NCBI GenBank assembly: GCA_036785375.1 | Contig: JAWMAR010000203.1 | Location: forward strand, 3,906,001-3,970,000 | Source of the DNA: Leucoraja ocellata | Taxonomy: Eukaryota | Length of the DNA stretch: 64,000 bases | Reading direction: 5' to 3' | Part shown: in pieces, positions 37,372 to 52,300 of the stretch | How the letters are laid out: each line of letters begins with the position of its first letter | How positions within the stretch are numbered: position 1 is the stretch's first letter | Program-made: the position numbers and the translations under genes | The notes under the pieces: generated by a model | Databases searched by the model: none | Told to the model about the DNA's origin: nothing | Seen by the model: the letters and a program-made list of their open reading frames with translations, nothing else

Positions 37372-40300
37372 CTGTAACAGAAAAATAACAAGTAACAATA
37401 AGGCTCACTTGGAAACAGTTGTGTTACATTCATATCATAGAGTTATACAGCATGGAAACAGACCCATCGGCCCAACTGGTCTACGCCGACTAAGATGCCC
37501 CATCCAAGCATGTCCCATTTGCCCGTGGTTGGCTCTCGTCCCTGTAAACCTTTCCTGTCCATGCACCCGTCCATGCACCCGTCTATGCACCCGTCCACGC
37601 ACCCATCCACGCACCTGTCCAAATATATTTTAAATGGTGTTATATTCTCTGCCTCAACTACCTCCTCAGGTGGTTCGTTCCATATACCCACCACCCTCTG
37701 ATTGATAAAGTTGCCCCTCAGGTTTTTCCCTCTCACATTAAACATATGCCTTCTATTTCTCAACTAGACTAAGTGGCTATTCCTTGAAATTCCATTTCAA
37801 GCAGAGTGCAAGGCCACCAAATTCAAGTGCAGTTTAATACCTCTTCGAGCAGGGTGCAAGGCAACAAAATTCAAGTGCAGTTTCATACCACTTCAAACCA
37901 TATAACCATATAACAATTACAGCAGGGAAACAGGCCATCTCGGCCCTACAAGTCCGTGCCAAACAACTTTTTTTCCCTTAGTCCCACCTGCCTGCACTCA
38001 TACCATAACCCTCCATTCTCTTCTCATCCATATGCCTATCCAATTTATTTTTAAATGATACCAACGAACATGCCGCCACCACTTCCACTGGAAGCTCATT
38101 CCACACCGCTACCACTCTCTGAGTAAAGAAGTTCCCCCTCATGTTACCCTTAAACTTCTGTCCCTTAATTCTGAAGTCATGTCCTCTTGTTTGAATCTTC
38201 CCTATTCTCAAAGGGAAAAGCTTGTCCACATCAACTCTGTCTATCCCTCTCATTATTTTAAAGACCTCTATCAAGTCCCCCCTTAACCTTCTGCGCTCCA
38301 GAGAATAAAGACCTAACTTATTCAACCTATCTCTGTAACTTAGTTGTTGAAACCCAGGCAACATTCTAGTAAATCTCCTCTGTACTCTCTCTATTTTGTT
38401 GACATCCTTCCTATAATTGGGCGACCAAAATTGTACACCATACTCCAGATTTGGTCTCACCAATGCCTTGTACATTTTTAACATTACATCCCAGCTTCTA
38501 TATTCAATGCTCTGATTTATAAAGGCTAGCATACCAAAAGCTTTCTTTACCACCCTATCTATATGAGATTCCACCTTCAAGGAACTATGCACGGTTATTC
38601 CCAGATCCCTCTGTTCAACTGTATTCTTCAATTCCCTACCATTTACCATGTACGTCCTATTTTGATTTGTCCTGCCAAGGTGTCACATTTATCCGCATTA
38701 AACTCCATCTGCCATCTTTCAGCCCATTTTTCCAAACGGCCTAAATCACTCTGTAGACTTTGGAAATCCTCTTCATTATCCACAACACCCCCTATCTTGG
38801 TATCATCTGCATACTTACTAATCCAATTTACCACCCCTTCATCCAGATCATTGATGTACATGACAAACAACAAAGGACCCAACACAGATCCCTGAGGCAC
38901 CCCACTAGTCACCTGCCTCCAACCCGACAAACAGCCATCCACCATTACCCTCTGGCTTCTCCCATTCAGCCACTGTTGAATCCATCTTGCTATTCCTGCA
39001 TTTATACCCAACAGTTTAACCTTCTTAACCAACCTTGCATGAGGAACCTTGTCAAAGGCCTTACTAAAGTCCATATAGACAACATCCACTGCTTTACCCT
39101 CGTCAATTTCCCTAGTAACCTCTTCAAAAAATTCAAGAAGATTAGTCAAACATGACCTTCCAGGCACAAATCCATGTTGACTGTTCCTAATCAGACCCTG
39201 TTTATCCAGATGCTTATATATATTATTTCTAAGTATCTTTTCCATTAATTTGCCCATCAAGCAGGGTGCAAGGCCACCAAATACAGGTTCAGTTTCCTAC
39301 CACTTCAAGCAGGGTGCAAGGTCACCAATTTCAAATGTAGTTTCATACCATTTCATGCAGGGTGCAACGACACCATATTCAAATGCAGTTTCATACCATT
39401 TCAAAATCACAGCCGTAAGTGGTCGCGTTTTATCTAAAATCAATATAGTGCAAACAGGAAGTTGTCAAGTTTAGACAAGCAACCATTTGCAGGCAGTGCC
39501 TTTTGACTTCAACCCACCCCCCCCCAAAAACCCTCCATCCAGCAGAGGCAGGAGACAGAATGGCAAATTATTTAAAAACATTAATATCTCTCTGATATTT
39601 CATCGATGGGAAAAATCCTCCGACCCAGAAGGCGGACGGGGGCTCTGAGCGAGGTGGCCAAAAATGATGGCCGTAGGTGATGGCGGTCTCTCAGAAATAA
39701 CCATATAACCATATAACAATTACAGCACGGAAACAGGCCATCTCGGCCCTACAAGTCCATGCCGAACAAATTTTATTCCCCTTAGTCCCACCTGCCTGCA
39801 CTCGTACCATAACCCTCCATTCCCTTCTCATCCATATGCCTATCCAATTTATTTTTAAATGATACCAATGAACCTGCCTCCACCACTTCCACTGGGAGCT
39901 CATTCCACACCGCCACCACTCTCTGCGTAAAGAAGTTCCCCCTCATATTACCCCTAAACTTCTGTCCCTTAATTCTGAAGTCATGTCCTCTTGTTTGAAT
40001 CTTCCCTATTCTCAAAGGGAAAAGCTTGTCCACATCAACTCTGTCTATCCCTCTCATCATTTTAAAGACCTCTATCATGTCCCCCCTTAACCTTCTGCGC
40101 TCCAAAGAATAAAGCCCTAACTTGTTCAACCTTTCTCTGTAACTTAGTTGCTGAAACCCAGGCAACATTCTGGTAAATCTCCTCTGTACTCTCTCTATTT
40201 TGTTGACATCCTTCCTATAATTTGGCGACCAAAATTGTACACCATACTCCAGATTTGGCCTCACCAATGCCTTGTACAATTTTAACATTACATCCCAGCT

Positions 40301-43300
40301 TCTATACTCAATGCTCTGATTTATAAAGGCTAGCATACCAAAAGCTTTCTTTACCACCCTATCTATATGAGATTCCACCTTCAAGGAACTATGCACGGTT
40401 ATACCCAGATCCCTCTGTTCAACTGTATTCTTCAATTCCCTACCATTTACCATGTACGTCCTATTTTGATTTGTCCTGCCAAGGTGTAGCACCTCACATT
40501 TATCAGCATTAAACTCCATCTGCCATCTTTCAGCCCATTTTTCCAAATGGCCTAAATCACTATGTAGACTTTGGAAATCCTCTTCATTATCCACAACACC
40601 CCCTATCTTGGTATCATCTGCATACTTACTAATCCAATTTACCACACCTTCATCCAGATCATTGCTGTACATGACAAACAACAAAGGACCCAACACAGAT
40701 CCCTGAGGCACCCCACTAGTCACCTGCCTCCAACCCGATAAACAGCCATCCACCATTACCCTCTGGCTTCTCCCATTCAGCCACTGTTGAATCCATCTTG
40801 CTATTCCTGCATTTATACCCAACAGTTGAACCTTCTTAACCAACCTTCCATGAGGAACCTTGTCAAAGGCCTTACTAAAGTCCATATAGACAACATCCAC
40901 TGCTTTACCCTCGTCAATTTCCCTAGTAACCTCGTTACGGGGTCGGAGCTACAACCGGCGCCGCCCGCAGCCCCACCGGCCACAGCGCTGCGGAGCTTAC
41001 TGCACGGCGACCCGGTAAGGCATTGACCACTCCCCGCCACTCCGACCAGGTAGGGGACTAAGAATTAAAGTTTACCCCTTCACCCCCCCTTCACATAAAA
41101 GCCCTCCAAACTAACTGACTAACATTTCAGCAATGATTTACAGATGTTTAAGCGTCTCCCGGTCTCCGGGGAGGAGGCAGCCGCTACAGTAGTACAGACC
41201 TGCGTTGACCGTGGGTCGTTTCGGGTCAAGTTTGGCGCCAAACGCGAGCTTTGGTGCGCAAACAACATCTGGAAAAAATGGCCGGTTTTCGGAGTTTTTC
41301 GGTTTCCGGAACACCGGATAAAAGGTTGTGCACCTGTATTCCCGTTTCTAATGACATTTGAAATATTTCTGTCATAGCCCCGGCTATTTCTACACTAACT
41401 TCCCTCAATGTCCTAGGGAATATCCTGTCAGGACCTGGAGACTTATCCACTTTTATATTTTTCAAAAGTGTCAGTACTTCTTTTACTTTGAACCTCATAG
41501 TATCCATAGCTACTCTACTAGTTTCCCTTACCTCACATAATTCAATATCCTTCTCCTTGGTGAATACCGAAGAAAAAAAATTGTTCAATATCTCCCCCAT
41601 CTCTTTTGGCTCTGCAGATAGCTGTCCACTCTGTCTCTCCAATGGACCAATTTTATCCCTCGTTATCCTTTTGCTATTAATATAGCTGTAGAAACCCTTT
41701 GGATTGACTTTCACCTTACTTGCCAAAGCAACCTCATATCTTCTTTTAGCTTTTCTAATTTCTTTCTTAAGATTCTTTTTACATTCCTTATACTCCTCAA
41801 GCACCTCATTTACTTCATGCTGCCTATAATTATTGTAGATCTCCCTCTTTTTCCGAACAAGATGTCCAATTTCCCTTGAAAACCAGGGCTCTTTCCAATT
41901 TTTACTGTTTCCTTTCAACCGAACAGGAACATAAAGATTCTGTACTCTTAAAATTTCCCCTTTAAATGTCCTCCATTTCTCTTCTACATCTTTCCCATAA
42001 AACAAAATGTCCCAGTTCACTCCTTTTAAATCATCTCGCATCGCATCAAAGTTAGCCTTTCTCCAATCAAAAATCTCAACCCTAGGTCCAGTTCTGACCC
42101 TCTCCATAATTATCTTGAAACTAATGGTATTGTGATCACTGGACCCGAAGTGCTCCCCAACGCATACCTCCGCCACCTGTCCCATCTCATTTCCTAACAG
42201 GAGGTCCAGCACTGCCCCTCCTCTAGTAGGTACCTCTATGTATTGCTGCAAAAAACTATCCTGCACACATTTTACAAACTCCAACCCATCCAGCCCATTT
42301 ACAGAATGTGTTTCCCAGTCTATGTGTGGAAAGTTGAAATCTCCCACAATCACTACCTTGTGCTTACTACTAATCTCTGCTATCTCCTTACATATTTGCT
42401 CTTCCAGTTCTCGTTCCCCGTTTGGCGGTCTATAATACACCCCTATAAGTGTTGCTACACCTTTCCCACTTCTCAATTCCATCCAAATAGCCTCCCTAGA
42501 TGAGCCCTCCAATCTATCCTGCCAAAGCACTGCTGTAATATCTTCCCTGACTAGCAATGCAACACCTCCACCTCTTGCCCCTCCAATTCTATCACACCTG
42601 AAGCAGCAAAATCCTGGAATATTTAGTTTCCAATCACAGCCCTCCTGCAACCACGTTTCACTGATCGCCACAACATCATACTTCCAGGTGTCTATCCAGA
42701 CTCTAAGCTCATCCACCTTTCTTACAATGCTCCTAGCATTAAAATATGCACATTTAAGAAAACCCCCGTCCCTTATTCTCTGTTTATTTCCTTTTTTTTC
42801 TTTCTCCTCTTGTGTCCGAGTGCTTCCCATTTCTGCTTCCTGCCTCCCATTCGGTCTACTACCTTTCGCTATTTGAGTCCCTCGCCCCAACCATTCTAGT
42901 TTAAAGTCTCCCCAGCTGCCTTTGCAAATTTCCCCGCTAGGATATTGGTCCCCCTCGGGTTCAAGTGCAACCCATCCTTTCTGTACAGGTCCCACCTTCC
43001 CCAAAAGAAGTCCCAATGATCCAGGAACTTGAATCCCTGCCCTCTGCACCAGTCTTTCAGCCACGCATTTATCCTCCACCTCGCTCCATTCCTACTCTCA
43101 CTGTCGCGTGGCACAGGCAGTAATCCTGAGATTGTTACCTTTTTGGTCCTTTTTCTTAACTCTCCTCCCAACTCCCTAAATCCTCCCTTCAGGACCTCTT
43201 CCCTTTTTTTTCCTATGTCATTGGTACCTATATGTACCACGACCTCAGGCTCCTCTCCCTCTGATTTAAGGATATCTTGGATGCGTTGAGACACGTCCGA

Positions 43301-46300
43301 GACCTTGGCACCAGGGAGGCAGACCACCATCCTGGTCTCCCGACTGCGTCCACAGAATCGCCTATCCGACCCCCTAACAATAGAGTCCCCAATTACTATT
43401 GCCCTCTTTTTTTCCCTAGCTTTTGGAGCAACAGGGCCGGTCTCTGTGCTGGAGGCCCGTCCGTTGTCACTACCCCCAGGTAGGCTGTCACCCCCATCCG
43501 TACTCAAACAGGAGTACTTATTTGCGAGGTGTACCGACATTGGAGTACTCACTCGTTCCTGCCCACACACACAGCACAGCACTAAATCACAGCACAGCGA
43601 GCCAAAAGCGGTCCAGATCAGACTTTTAGTAATATATAGATTCCCTTTTCTGGGTAAAAGACTCATCTATTCCCATCATCATTTTATACACATCTATAAT
43701 ATCGCCACTTATGCTCCTGTGCTCCAGGAATAGTGTCTTAGCCCACCCAACCTCTCCCTACAGCTCAGGCCCTCAGGTCCTGGCAACATCATTGTAAACC
43801 TTCTCTGCATACATTCCACCTTATTGTTATAAACATTTTATTGTTCATTTTAGAATTGGCGAAGAGGGGGAGTTTTAGAACTTTAGAAAATTGAGGACAA
43901 AAATAGAATGGAGATGAGAGGATTTATTTTGCCAGATGGTGGTGAATCTGTGGAATTCATTAGCACAGACAGTGGTGGGGGCCAAGACATTGGGTATCTT
44001 TAATGGGGAGAATGATAGATTCTTGATTAGTATGGGTGTCAAAGATTACGGGGAGAATGCAGGATAATTGGTTGAGAGGGAAAATTAGATCAGCCATGAG
44101 TGAATATCGGAGCAGACTCGATGGGCTGAATGACCTAATTCTGCTACTATGTCTGATGATCTTATGGTCATTTTATTTTTCGCTGAATCTAATGAGGTAT
44201 AAATACTCTGTTCCTGATTTATGTTGAAAAGTCATGTGAAGATCAGTAACGAATTTGATTTGTAAACACCAAATGGGCAAAACCTAAAGTGTGGATGTGT
44301 GTGTCCATGTGATCGATGGGCATGTGACACTTGTGTGCAATATCTGTTTCACTGATATCATTGTCAACATCTCCGAGGAATGTAGCAGGTTACAAAGAGA
44401 GGTGGGCACTGCCTAGTCCATCACAGGAACAGACCGCCCCAACATCGAAGGGATCTGCAGGAGGCGCTGCCTCAAAAAGTCAACCAATAACATCAAAAAC
44501 ACACCCTGGCTGGAGAAAGTCAATGAGCCACATGTCTGTGTGGTGAATAGGTGATGTTTTGGGTCGGGACCCTTCTTCAGACTGGGGGAGGGGAGAGGGG
44601 TAGTAGCGGGGAGGAACTGGAAGTAAGCAAAGACTGGGACAAATCAGGGCCGGCAACAAATGATCTCAGGCAGGTTGGTATTGATGGGATTGTTGTTGGC
44701 AGGGCACAGTGTGATATGACGGTGGAATATTGCTAGAATCAGAGAACTTTACGCTGGCAATTCATATTTTACTGAAGTGACCTCCAACTGCAAAAACTCA
44801 TGCAACCACTCACTGAGCTGTTTAAGGAGAAAACCCACCCCCATCACTTTCAGTTGCTGCACATTCAGTACGGGGAGTCCAGGGAAAGATATCGGGCAGA
44901 ATTAATTAATTCATCCATGCTCTAATTTCCTCCCAAAGGGTTTGTGGTCTTCTGTAAATTGCCCCCAGTGTGTAGGGAATATCTGTGCCTGCTATAATCT
45001 GCCATTGTGACCTGTATCTGACCAACTCTAAAAGGACAAGATTAACAGCTGTTTGGTTTGTCGCGCGCTATCAGGTTTTGTGTGTATAAAATGATACGGA
45101 GGTGAAAGTCAGTCTGCGGAGTGCAACTAATGTCATGTGCAAAAAGGTGCATGATTAGGGGGCACATTGGCGCAGCGGTAGAGTTGCTGCCTCACCGCGG
45201 CAGAGACCTGGTTTTAATCCTGACTGACTACACGTGCTGTCTGTTCAAAGTTTATATGTTCTCCCCTTCATCGCGTGGGATCTCTAGATGCTCCAGTTTC
45301 CTCCCACACTCCAAAGACATACAGGTTTGTAGGTTAATTGGCTTTGGTAAATTTCTAAAATGTCCATAGTGCGTAGGATCGCGCTAGTGTAAGAGGTGAT
45401 TGCTGGTCGGTGCGGACTCGGTGGGCCAAATGTCCTGTTTCCACGCTGTATCTCTAAAGTCTAATCAGACTTGGTCAAGATATGTCATTTCATTAACGCT
45501 AGGATATACACTTGAAGAAGTGAGAAATAACATTGAGGACAATGAGACCCTGGAATTATACTCCAAGCTTAAAGTCTTCACAGAGCAGAAGAATAAAAAA
45601 GTAACAGAACCGCACTTTAATAAATACGCAAGGAACTGCAGATGGTGGCTTAGAAAAAAAGACAAAGTGCTTGAATAACGCAGCCAGACTTCCCTATCGT
45701 GGAAAAGACCCTGCATTCACTATATCGAGTAAACCAGGCACTTGAGGTCGTTTTACGCATAGGCGATTTAGTTGAAAAGAATGAAATCCAACGCAAATTC
45801 GCAGCAACATCTTCAACTGGTTATTAACAACGAAACTCATTACACAGCAATGTCCAATGACTGGTATGCAGTTGATCACAAGGCCTCCTTGAAGAGGAAG
45901 TGTGCTTTGGAATATGGAACTCACTTTGTTAGCAGTTTAGTTCCAGCTGATGGAAGCAAACGGCAACCAAGTTAAATGCATTGAAAAATTCTCTCAATCG
46001 GAAAAGTACAAAGTGACCATTCGGGTTTGCTGACACAAGGAACTGCTGATGTATTAGAGAAACAGGCCCTTCGGCCCACCGAGTCTGCGCCGACCAGCAA
46101 ATAACACCGGCGCTAGCACTATCCTACACACAAGCGATCATTTTTACAGAAGCCAATTAACCTGTACGCCTTTGGAGAATGAGCAGCCAGAACCCGGTGA
46201 AAATCCACGAGGTCACAGGGAAAACATACAAACTCCGTACCGACAGCAACTGTAGTCAGGATCAAACCTGGGTCTCTGGTGCTGTAAAGCAGCAACTCTA

Positions 46301-49300
46301 TCACTGCGCCAACGTGCCGCAGAATGGCTTGTGTTCTTAGTCCATTACATCCAATAGTGCTGGTGAATTTGTTCATATAAGCTGACAATACCTCAGTGTA
46401 CATTAGAACATCGTGCATGCAACATAAGGGTAAATATCAAACTAAATTACTCACCTCATTTACTGAGTTTTTTTGTTTTCTCATGCTTTGAATATCAACA
46501 GTTGCGTCATGGACAGATGATTCTATAAAAATATCATGAAGATTTAGTGTACTTCAGAGGTACAGGACAGAAACAGGCCATTCAGCCCACTGAGTCTATG
46601 CCGCCCATCGATCACGCTAGTTCTATGTTATCCCACTTTCTCATCCACTCCCTACACACTAGGGGCAATTTACAGAGGCCAATTAACCTACAAACCCAAA
46701 CATGAGAGGAAACCGGAGCATTCTGAAAAAACCCATGAGGTCACAGGGAGAACGTGCAAACTCCACATGGACAGCACCCAGTCAGGATTGAACCCGCTGT
46801 GAGGCAACAGCTCTACAAGCTGCAACACTGTGTCGCCCTAATTTTGTTTAGATTATTTTAATCTCACCGGGAACTAAATACAATATTCACTTTACATGCT
46901 CAGTTGTTAGTTAAATTACAAAATAAGATGTACAATGTATACATTACCTTTTCCTTTCTTCAATTTACTGTGGTAATTATACACAATCCAGATGCATATT
47001 GGCACTATTAGGATCAGACTCAGTAGAATGAAATAATACTCGGAGGATCCTTGAAAATCACAATTGAAATATGAATCAAAACTATGCTCCAATGAATAGC
47101 AAATATAATCATGACTAATGCATGTTACGTTAATATAAATGCACTGTTACATAAAACATTAAACATGTATTTAGTTTAGTTTCAGTTTGTTTAAAGAAAC
47201 AGAATAGAACCTGGTGCTTCTGCCCACCGAGTCCACACTGGCCATCGCTCACCTGCTCACACCAATTCTATGTTATCACACTTTCCCACCCAACGGAAAT
47301 GATGCCGAAAAGCCAAATAACCAAATGGACGCAACGCCAAAAAGCCAACTAATCGAACGGACGCAACGCCGAAAAGCCGAATAACCAAAACGGCGGGACA
47401 CTAAAAACCAAATAACCGAAAGGGCGCATTGCTGAAAAGCCAACTCACTGAACGCCAAAAAATAATGGGCGGGACTTGTCAGCGATTGGTCCAGACCCCC
47501 GCGTCCATCACATCACTGGCTGGGGGAGACGGGAGAGTGGGGATCATTTTCCTCACATAAGATCGCCTGGAGCTAGGGGGTGACTGGGCGTTTGGAACAT
47601 GAGCACCAAGGTGTAAGCAGCCGAAGGAGCGCATCCCTCGGGACAGACCCCACTCCCCCCCCCCCCCCCGGATCTCCCCCGTGCAGCCACATTGTGACAG
47701 GCTGTGGGTCGGCAGCGCACACACACACGGGCCCGGGTGAAACGGGACCGTGGACACACGGGGAGAAAAACTTGGCAACGTCCCCGGCCCGTCAGCTGCA
47801 GCAGAGTTGGGGACAGTCTGGTCCCTCTGCCCACCCAGAGTCACTGACCACGATGCCCCGCCACCAGACCTCGACCCCCAGACCAGGGCGATTCACCCCA
47901 CACCGAACAATTTTATCTCCTCCCACTACCCCCCTCCCCCTTTCCCTTGACACCAAGAAGCACATTTTATTTATTGTTTAAACACAGTAATACCATCTGG
48001 TTGCCTGCGTAACGCACACAACAAGCTCCCACGCATAAAACATCAGATTATTTTCAGTTTATTTGCAGTTCATTTGTGTTTTTGAACTTTGCACATTTAA
48101 CAGCCATTTTTACAGCGGTGTTGAGTACATCGTACTTTTCTTCCCCCCCGCAGATGATACATTACTCTCGAATCACATACCTCACCTCTATTGCCCCTCT
48201 ACATAAATGAGCGCATTAGAAGATCATCTGAGCATCTTGAAATCAATCTCATGAGGGTGAAAGTGTTCATCTCATGAGGGTGAATAAGTTGCAATTTCCA
48301 TTTCATTCTTTTCCACTGTGTGTGATGTGGGCAGATCGATACCGCATCGCTCGGCTATCTTTCACTCGTGCTCATGAGATTGATTTCAAGATGCTCAGAT
48401 GATCTTCTAATGCAGTCATTGTTCCTAGTGCCAATCCCTTCAGCTATACCTGCAACTGAAGCTATGGGTGGATTAGTAGACCTTGAAGGGGCATTGTCAT
48501 TTTATTTTTATGTAGAGGGGTAATAGAGGTAAGTTATGTGTTGTGAGAGTAATGTATCATCTGCGGGGGTGAAAAAGTATCATCTGCGGGGGGGGGGGGG
48601 GGGGGGGGGGGTGTGGGAGGAGATAAAATTGTTCATTGTCATGCACACTTGTCATCGGCCCGCCAGGGAATTTGTGTCCCCCCCCACCATGTTTTAAAAG
48701 CGATTTACTTTGACTGCCAGTGAATCACCCGGTGTGGGTGTCGGTGGTGTGAATTACCCCAAGTGTGTGTCGGGGTCCGGGGAGGGTGAACCACCCTGGT
48801 GTGGGTGTCGGGGTCCGCTGGTGGTGCATTGCGGTCAGTGAATCTGGGTGGGTGGAGGGACCAGACTGTCCCCAACTCTGCGGGGGGGAGGGTGGGGGCC
48901 GTCCTGAGAGATGCGCTCCTTCGCCCCCTTACACCTTGGTGCTCGGGTTCACAATGCCCAGTGACCCTCCAGCCCCGGTGTGGGAAAATGACCCCCACCT
49001 TCCCGTCTCCTCCGGCCAGTGATGTAATGGACAAGTCCTGCCCCCCGTCGACATCATGTTCGTTATTTGGCTTTTGTTCGGTTATTTGGCTTTTCGGCGT
49101 TGCGTCCGTTTGGTTATTTGGCTTAATATTCTAGTTCTACAAATATCTATCCTTAAAGAAATGAGACAGGCCTTTCAGAGGAGAAAACCTACATTATTCT
49201 ATTCATAGATTAACATTCTTACTATTCACTAAGTTTACTGTTACTGGGGTAAAGATTGGTTCCTTGTGTTGTAAATGACCGCAAGATAACGTGTTGTAAA

Positions 49301-52300
49301 TGGGGTCAAGGAAAGAGCGTTCACGTCGCGGCCCTGTTTCCACCAATCTCCCACCATCACGCACAAGAAGCACAACAAGCGCAAGACAGACATCATTGTA
49401 TGGCTGTGGCTGAACAACTTCTAATCTTGGGTGTGGACTCGATAAGTGTTGTTAATTACCGAGCTGTTTATGAGAAGTGAAACATTTCACAAACCACTAG
49501 GGTTCTTTGCAAAATCAGCTGCGTAACTGCTTTCTAAAAGCCTCTTAAACACCACTATCATATCTGCCTCCACCAGTGGCAGTGCATTCCAGGCACCCAC
49601 CACCCTGTGTACAAAAACTCACCCCCTGCACATCTTCGTTAAACTTTGCCCCTTATAAACCAAAGAACAAGGAGAAATCATTATGCAAAATCAACAGTGA
49701 ATCCTTTATGTGATGGTCTGTCTTGGAATGTGTTGTGTACAGAATCTGCCAACTTCATAGAGCATAGAACATAGTAAAGGCCCTTCAGTTTGCAATGTCT
49801 GTGACAAACATGGAGCCAAGTTAAACCAATCTTATCTGCCTGCACGTGAATCATATCCCTCCATTCCCTGCACATCCATATGCCTATCTAAACACCTCTT
49901 TAATGCCACTATCATATCAGCCTCCACCACCACTACTAGCAACATGTTCCAGGCACTCGCCACCCTCTGTGTAAAACAACTTGTCCCATACATCTCCTTT
50001 AAACTTTGCCTCTCTCACCTTGAAGCTATGTCCTCTAGTCCTTGACATTTCCACTATATAGCTTTCACATTGATTTGCTATAACTGCTTACTGGCTTCAG
50101 TAAATCATTTACTATGAAACCAAGATCTCCCAAATCACAGAGCATAAACTGTGACTTGTAATTCTGGCATATAATAATAAAGCACTACATTGTAAGTAAA
50201 GTAACCAATCTACAATGAGAAGCTTTTAAAAAAAAGTTAAAGAAAAGAAAGAAAATGCTGGAAATATGCAGCAGGTCAGGCAGCAAATGTGGAAAGAGAA
50301 ACAAAGTTAAAGAAACAGGTCAAGGACCGATCGTGAGAACAGGGGAAAAAATAGATGATAGAGAGATGAGCAGAATTTCATAGGAAGGAACTGCAGATGC
50401 TGGTTCAAATCGAAGATAGACACAAAATGCTGCAGTAACTCAGTGGGACTGGCAGCATCTGTGGAGGGAAGGAATGGGTGATGTTTCGGGTCGAGACTCT
50501 TCTTCAGACTGAAAGTCAAGGGGAAGGGAAACAAGAGATATCGACAATGATGTCGAGATATAGAACAACTGAATGAAAGATATGCAAAACCATATTGATG
50601 ATAAAGGAAACAGGTCAATGTTAGCTGTAGCTATGTGAGAACAAAAAACTGTTGTGACTTGGATGGGGAGGGATGGAGAGAGAGAGGGAATTCAAAGGTT
50701 ACTTGAAGTTAGAGAAATCAATATTCATACCCCTGGGTTGTAAGTTGCCCAAGCGTAATATGAGATGTTGTTCCTCCAATTTCCTTTTTTTTTAAATAGA
50801 TTTTTATTAGAGGCATCTGCATATCATAATCCAAACCAGTACAGACTTTGTTTAATGGTTACATATTAAATATCCAGGTTTCCAGGGAGCCAGTTACCAA
50901 AGTAGCTGGGATCCTCCTTTATCGGTTACATGTTAACATTGCCTCTAATTATTTATTTATATTTATAGATAGGAAAATAAAGAAAGAAAGAAGGAAATTA
51001 GAAAAATAGGATAAACTATCAATAATACAACTTGGGGCCAGAGAACATAACTATTCATCTAGTCCTGGGTTCAGGCTTCAGTCCGGCCTCCGCACTAGTC
51101 CGATCTACCCTTCAAATAATCTATAAATGGAGACCATATTCTAGTAAATAATTCTGGTTTGTCAATTAAGACAAATCTAATTTTTTCCAAATGTAAGGTC
51201 TCCGACATCTCCATAATCCACATCTTGATTGTGGGGGTTGTTGGGTTTTCCAAAATTTTAATATCAATTTTTTCCCAATTATTATAATGTAATCAAGGAC
51301 ATTTCTTTGGTTTATTGTGAGTTTTAGGTAATGTTCTGATATGCCCAATATTATTAATTTAGGATTGGGATCCATTTGGATATTGACAACTACAGAGATT
51401 ATTTTAAAAATATCCATCCAGTAATTTTTAATTTCGCTACAGTTTACAAAAGTATGGGTTGAATTAGCCACGTGGGATTGAAATTTATCACAGAGAGGAG
51501 AGATATTAGGAAACATTCTATTTAAATTTGTTTTAAAATAATGCAGTCTATGTAGTGCTTTAAATTGTATTAAAGAATGTATGGCATTTAACGAACATTG
51601 GTGTATATGTTGTAGGCTTTCGTCCCAAATATCTTTTGTTATAGGTTGAGCTAATTCCTTTTTCCATGCTGGTCTGTATAATTCCGTCGACGGATTCTCA
51701 CTGTCTATAAAAGTATTATAAATGTGAGATATTAATTTGACTGTGTTAGGGTGTTTATTCAAACATTCATCTCAAATCTCTGGTTCTCTGGTTCTGTATT
51801 CTCATGTATGCGATTTAACATAATCTTTAAATTGTAAATATCAAAAAGATTTATTAGAATGTAATCCGTAATTCTGTTGTAACTCCTGAAACGAGAGAAA
51901 AATACAATTTCTATAAAGATGTCCCATCTTTTTAATTCCATGATTTTTCCATTGTACAAAACCTTTATCCAACACTGAGGGTTTAAATGAGGGATTATTT
52001 GCAATGGGGAGAGAAAGTGATAAATTATCCAATTTTAATGTCTTTTTTAGTTGTTTCCAAATTCGAATACCACTATATATTATAGGGTTTTCACTATAGA
52101 TTTTTTAATTCAATTTTGTGGGAGCTAACAGAATCGGACCAATTTCAAAAGGCAAACAGTCTTCCTTTTCCATCTTTAACCAGTCTGGTTGTTGATCCAT
52201 ATCTTCCAACAAAAAATTCATATTTTTGACATTGACTGCCCAAAAGTAAAATAAAAAATTTGGTAAAACCAATCCTCCTTTGGTCTTGGATTTGCATAAG

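Larger units (their letters stand above)
37764..43640 (-). mobile_element. Non-autonomous Helitron with both termini, hosting nested insertions
   Basis: 5' TCTATATATTACTAAAAG at 43640 and 3' CCACTTAGTCTAG at 37764. Inserted between A and T with no TSD; the host rejoins as tttctcaa|ttcccttttctgggtaaaagactc. Confidence 0.85.

Noticed and set aside
45503-45630. Plus-strand frame containing YSKL as a cytoplasmic exon of a second gene
   Set aside because: No partner exons found on the plus strand, and the motif is not a canonical ITIM.
49300-49470. Minus-strand hydrophobic stretch MMSVLRLLCFLCVMVG as an alternative activating TM or a second leader
   Set aside because: No phase-1 acceptor or donor fits, and there is an in-frame stop just upstream.
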